A stretch of DNA of 64,000 bases from Oopsacas minuta (taxonomy: Eukaryota > Animalia > Porifera): assembly GCA_024704765.1 (NCBI GenBank), contig JAKMXF010000088.1, positions 801,029 through 865,028 on the forward strand, in the 5' to 3' direction. Of this stretch, positions 60,120 through 64,000 are shown one piece after another. Under the pieces are notes generated by a model. It had not been told where the DNA came from. It saw only the letters and a program-made list of their open reading frames with translations, and made no database searches. The first letter of the stretch is position 1. Every line of letters starts with the position of its first letter. A program made the position numbers and the translations under genes.

Positions 60120-61289
60120 CGTAAGTTAGAATCAGAAATGAGAATTAGGAAAGGAAAGTTTATGCATATTGTATACTGTATTCGCATTAAATAAACACAG
60201 AATCTTCATGTGTGGTATATCGCCCTGAACATTTGTAAATGTAAGTTCACATTCCATAAAGTGTTAGGGAATGAGTGAAGTCAGCTTCTAGAATATTCTA
60301 AATATAAATGAGAATCATAATTCTGTTAAAGAGATTAATGAGGTGCGATTTTCATGTGTTACAAAATTTTCAATTATCGAATGCTTTCACATAGAAATTG
60401 TATAACAGTCAACTGCGCTTATTCAGGAAACAAGTTAAAGGCATTATTATTCAATAGTAGAAATTGAGAGAACTAATATAGGACGAAAGGACAATGATGC
60501 TTAGAACTAACTAGCATCAGCGCCGAACCTTTGAAAGATCTTATAATTATAAGAAAATGTTCATTAAATTTTGAAATATTCTCAGAATTAGAAAGAGAAG
60601 TTCATATTTCATTTCTCAATACAGCCGATCTGTGTTTTCAAGTTTGTTGGAAGAACTTTGTGGACAAAAGTATGCGATATACCCTGATGATATACCTCCC
60701 CGCTACAATCATACTAAGATATCGTAAGAAGATATATTATGTAATTTCGTAATAATTATTACAAGGATAAATATTGCAAATAATTGCATAAATATATGAA
60801 TAACTCTATACTAGTCGCTCAGGTCGGCAGCTTAGTACCTTGGTTGTAAGTGGACACGCATGGCACGCATCGCAATTGCCACGAACAGTCTCAAACTAAA
60901 GAGGAAGAATATGAGAGAAAAGGAAAAGAGAAGAGAAAATTTGAATATTATGTTCAATTCTGATGGTATAAATACTTGTTGGTGAATTGCAGGTGTCACA
61001 ACATGTTTAGTAATAAATCATAGTATTCCGTAGTTTCCACGTGCAACAACTGAAATGTTTGTAACGCTTGGAACACCTACAACACCTGCAACACCTACAA
61101 CACCTGCAATACTAGTAACAACTGCACCGCCTGCAACAACTACACTAGTGAAAAGAGTATAAATAGGAGCAATAGTTTCATCTGTAATATCTCTTCTACT
61201 TCTCTCTAAGATGTCTCATCTCTTCACTCTCTTTCTACCTCCACGCTCGTATTCTCTCTATCCATTACAGTGCTACAGTCATACTCTCT

Positions 61290-61640
61290 ATTCTACACTC
61301 ATCTCTGCCCAATTTGCTGACAGAATTCTCTCAATTCGTCACTCACCTCTGCTCAATTTCCTACAGAATTCTCTCAATTCTTCACTCACCTCTACACAAT
61401 TTTCTAACACCATTCTGTCAGTTCTTCCCTCACTCTGCTCAATTTTCTAACAGAAGTCTCTCATTTCTTCCCTCACCTCTGCTCAATATTTAACAGAATT
61501 CTCTCATTTCTTCGCTCACCTCTGCTCAATTTTCGAACAGAATTCTCTCATTTCTTCCCTCACCCCTGCTCAATTTTCGTACAGAATTCTCTCATTTCTT
61601 CCCTCACCTCTGCTCAATTTTTTAACAGAATTCTCTCGAT
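61290..61640. repeat. 43-44 bp minisatellite, about 8 degenerate units
   Basis: acagaa anchors at 61320, 61363, 61450, 61493, 61537, 61581 and 61625. Unit acagaattctctcatttcttccctcacctctgctcaattttc.. Confidence 0.88.
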
Positions 61641-61944
61641 AGGTCAATCACCTCCGACTTTCCAATATAAATTCCTATCTAACTGAAATTAGAAACATTG
61701 GAGATGCTAAAGGAGTGATTGGAAATACAATTATTGTGTATGTTAATTGATTCTTAGAATTATAAAGAGCTTAGAATTATGATTTGAACATTTGAAATAT
61801 TATGGAGCTTATAATGGATAGGATAGTGGAATAGTTATACAACAAAACAATCATCAAATAGATTAAACAAGTGATACAGTCAATGCAGGTTATAAGAACA
61901 TCGTCAAGAACTGGACATAGTGTTCATATATCCGGCATATCATA

Positions 61945-62190
61945 TACAAGAACATGCTCTTATAACCAGCATGTCATATATGAACAAATTCATATACCAG
62001 CATATCTTACAAGGACATATTCTTATAACTAGCATGTCTTATATAATAACATGCTCTCAATAATCAGCATTTCTTATATAAGAACAAGTTCTTAAAACCA
62101 ACATGTCTTAAATAAGAACATATTCTTAGAATCAGGATGTCTTATAGCCAAACATGTTCTTATAACCAGCATGTCATATATAAGAACACC
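61945..62190. repeat. 34-bp degenerate minisatellite with palindromic core, about 7 units
   Basis: agaaca anchors at 62081, 62115 and 62183. Consensus TATAAGAACATGTTCTTATA followed by ACCAGCATGTC.. Confidence 0.8.
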
Positions 62191-62512
62191 AACGATGGGT
62201 AATGTTTGCTGATGTTATGATAGTGAAGGCAAAATGGATAGGAGTGAACGATTTTGATGTGATTGTAGAAGAATAGAAGAATCTGAGGGGTGTGAGTGGA
62301 TGAGTGTATTCACGCCGAGAGACTAAAGGGATAGCAGTGAAGGATGGATTTTTTTTGATTCAAAGCTGGGTTATGGAGTGTCTTCCTAGTATTAGAGATA
62401 AATAGATAATGGATAATGTGTATGAATGTTGAATTATTGTTGCAGATAATGGATAATGTATGCTGATGTTGTTAGAGTGAAGGCCCTGATGGATACTGTA
62501 ACCAAATGCATG

Positions 62513-64000
62513 GCAGTGAAGTTTTGATGTGATTGTAGAAGAATCTGGATAGCAGTGAAGGATTGATGCGTTTTGATTCAAAGCTAGGTTATGGAGTGTC
62601 TTCTGCGTATTATAGAAGTAACCAAATGATTCAAATGGATAGCAGTGAAGGATTTTGATTTGATTGTACTATTTTTGGATCTGTATAAAGCTGTGGGTGG
62701 ATGAGAGTATATAGAACTGGCTAAGAAGATGTTAAGATGTTAGACTATGGGCTTTGCCATGATTATCTAGCCTCGGTTTGCTCAAGGGGGGGAAACAGTG
62801 TATTTGAGTAGACTTTGTGGATAGCAGTGAAGGATTTTGATGTGATTGTAGAAGAATCTGGATAGCAGTGAAGGATTGATGCGTTTTGATTCAAAGCTAG
62901 GTTATGGAGTGTCTTCTGCGTATTATAGAAGTAACCAAATGATTCAAATGGATAGCAGTGAAGGATTTTGATTTGATTGTACTATTTTTGGATCTGTATA
63001 AAGCTGTGGGTGGATGAGAGTATATAGAACTGGCTAAGAAGATGTTAAGATGTTAGACTATGGGCTTTGCCATGATTATCTAGCCTCGGTTTGCTCAAGG
63101 GGGGAAACAGTGTATTTGAGTAGACTTTGTGGATAGCAGTGAAGGATTTTGATGTGATTGTAGAAGAATCTGGATAGCAGTGAAGGATTGATGCGTTTTG
63201 ATTCAAAGCTAGGTTATGGAGTGTCTTCTGCGTATTATAGAAGTAACCAAATGATTCAAATGGATAGCAGTGAAGGATTTTGATTTGATTGTACTATTTT
63301 TGGATCTGTATAAAGCTGTGGGTGGATGAGAGTATATAGAACTGGCTAAGAAGATGTTAAGATGTTAGACTATGGGCTTTGCCATGATTATCTAGCCTCG
63401 GTTTGCTCAAGGGGGGAAACAGTGTATTTGAGTAGACTTTGTGGATAGCAGTGAAGGATTTTGATGTGATTGTAGAAGAATCTGGATAGCAGTGAAGGAT
63501 TGATGCGTTTTGATTCAAAGCTAGGTTATGGAGTGTCTTCTGCGTATTATAGAAGTAACCAAATGATTCAAATGGATAGCAGTGAAGGATTTTGATTTGA
63601 TTGTACTATTTTTGGATCTGTATAAAGCTGTGGGTGGATGAGAGTATATAGAACTGGCTAAGAAGATGTTAAGATGTTAGACTATGGGCTTTGCCATGAT
63701 TATCTAGCCTCGGTTTGCTCAAGGGGGGGAAACAGTGTATTTGAGTAGACTTTGTGGATAGCAGTGAAGGATTTTGATGTGATTGTAGAAGAATCTGGAT
63801 AGCAGTGAAGGATTGATGCGTTTTGATTCAAAGCTAGGTTATGGAGTGTCTTCTGCGTATTATAGAAGTAACCAAATGATTCAAATGGATAGCAGTGAAG
63901 GATTTTGATTTGATTGTACTATTTTTGGATCTGTATAAAGCTGTGGGTGGATGAGAGTATATAGAACTGGCTAAGAAGATGTTAAGATGTTAGACTATGG
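62513..64000. repeat. 312-313 bp satellite, about 4.7 near-identical copies, continuing past the window end
   Basis: Anchor G of aagctagg at 62583, 62896, 63208, 63520 and 63833. Copies differ by a G6/G7 run. A diverged partial unit lies at ~62215-62512. Confidence 0.95.

Noticed and set aside
61945-62190. 34-bp palindromic repeats as a CRISPR array
   Set aside because: Units are contiguous and degenerate with no unique spacers, there are no cas genes, and the context is eukaryotic.
60531-62581. ORFs 60531, 61211 and 62360
   Set aside because: They arise from AT-rich or repeat sequence at the satellite edge.

Overview
Gene-dense, AT-rich eukaryotic (animal) DNA with very short GT-AG introns, mostly about 45-70 nt. 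There is no sign of a prokaryotic, phage or CRISPR locus. The gene set (group A SRCR protein, DDR-like RTKs, Maf bZIPs, Caskin, G-alpha 12/13, tetraspanins) and the compactness suggest an early-branching metazoan, possibly a glass sponge; the organism call is inference only. About 33 genes are supported. Four tandem families are present: FKBP12 plus three FKBP derivatives whose fold is split by large insertions; five DDR-like receptors; four intronless TATA-driven Maf-like bZIP genes; and three tetraspanins. Single genes include Rac1, LAMTOR1-like, Caskin-like, INPP5K-like, PSPH, a RADX-like OB protein, RFK, TXNL4A, UBL5, NDUFA11-like, a sulfatase, G-alpha 12/13, a MORC-CW gene and a PH-actin fusion. 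The window ends in minisatellites and a 312-313 bp satellite. Top candidates: (1) a paired-receptor array in which kinase-less DDR-like receptors with ITAM-spaced tyrosines alternate with kinase-bearing DDRs, one pair sharing a near-identical ectodomain; (2) an acceptor-like TTAG/YAG a few bases before most start codons, with very tight co-oriented spacing, which suggests SL trans-splicing and possibly operons; (3) the split-FKBP cluster; (4) a PH-actin fusion with lost nucleotide-binding aspartates. Exon boundaries were read by eye and may be off by a few bases.
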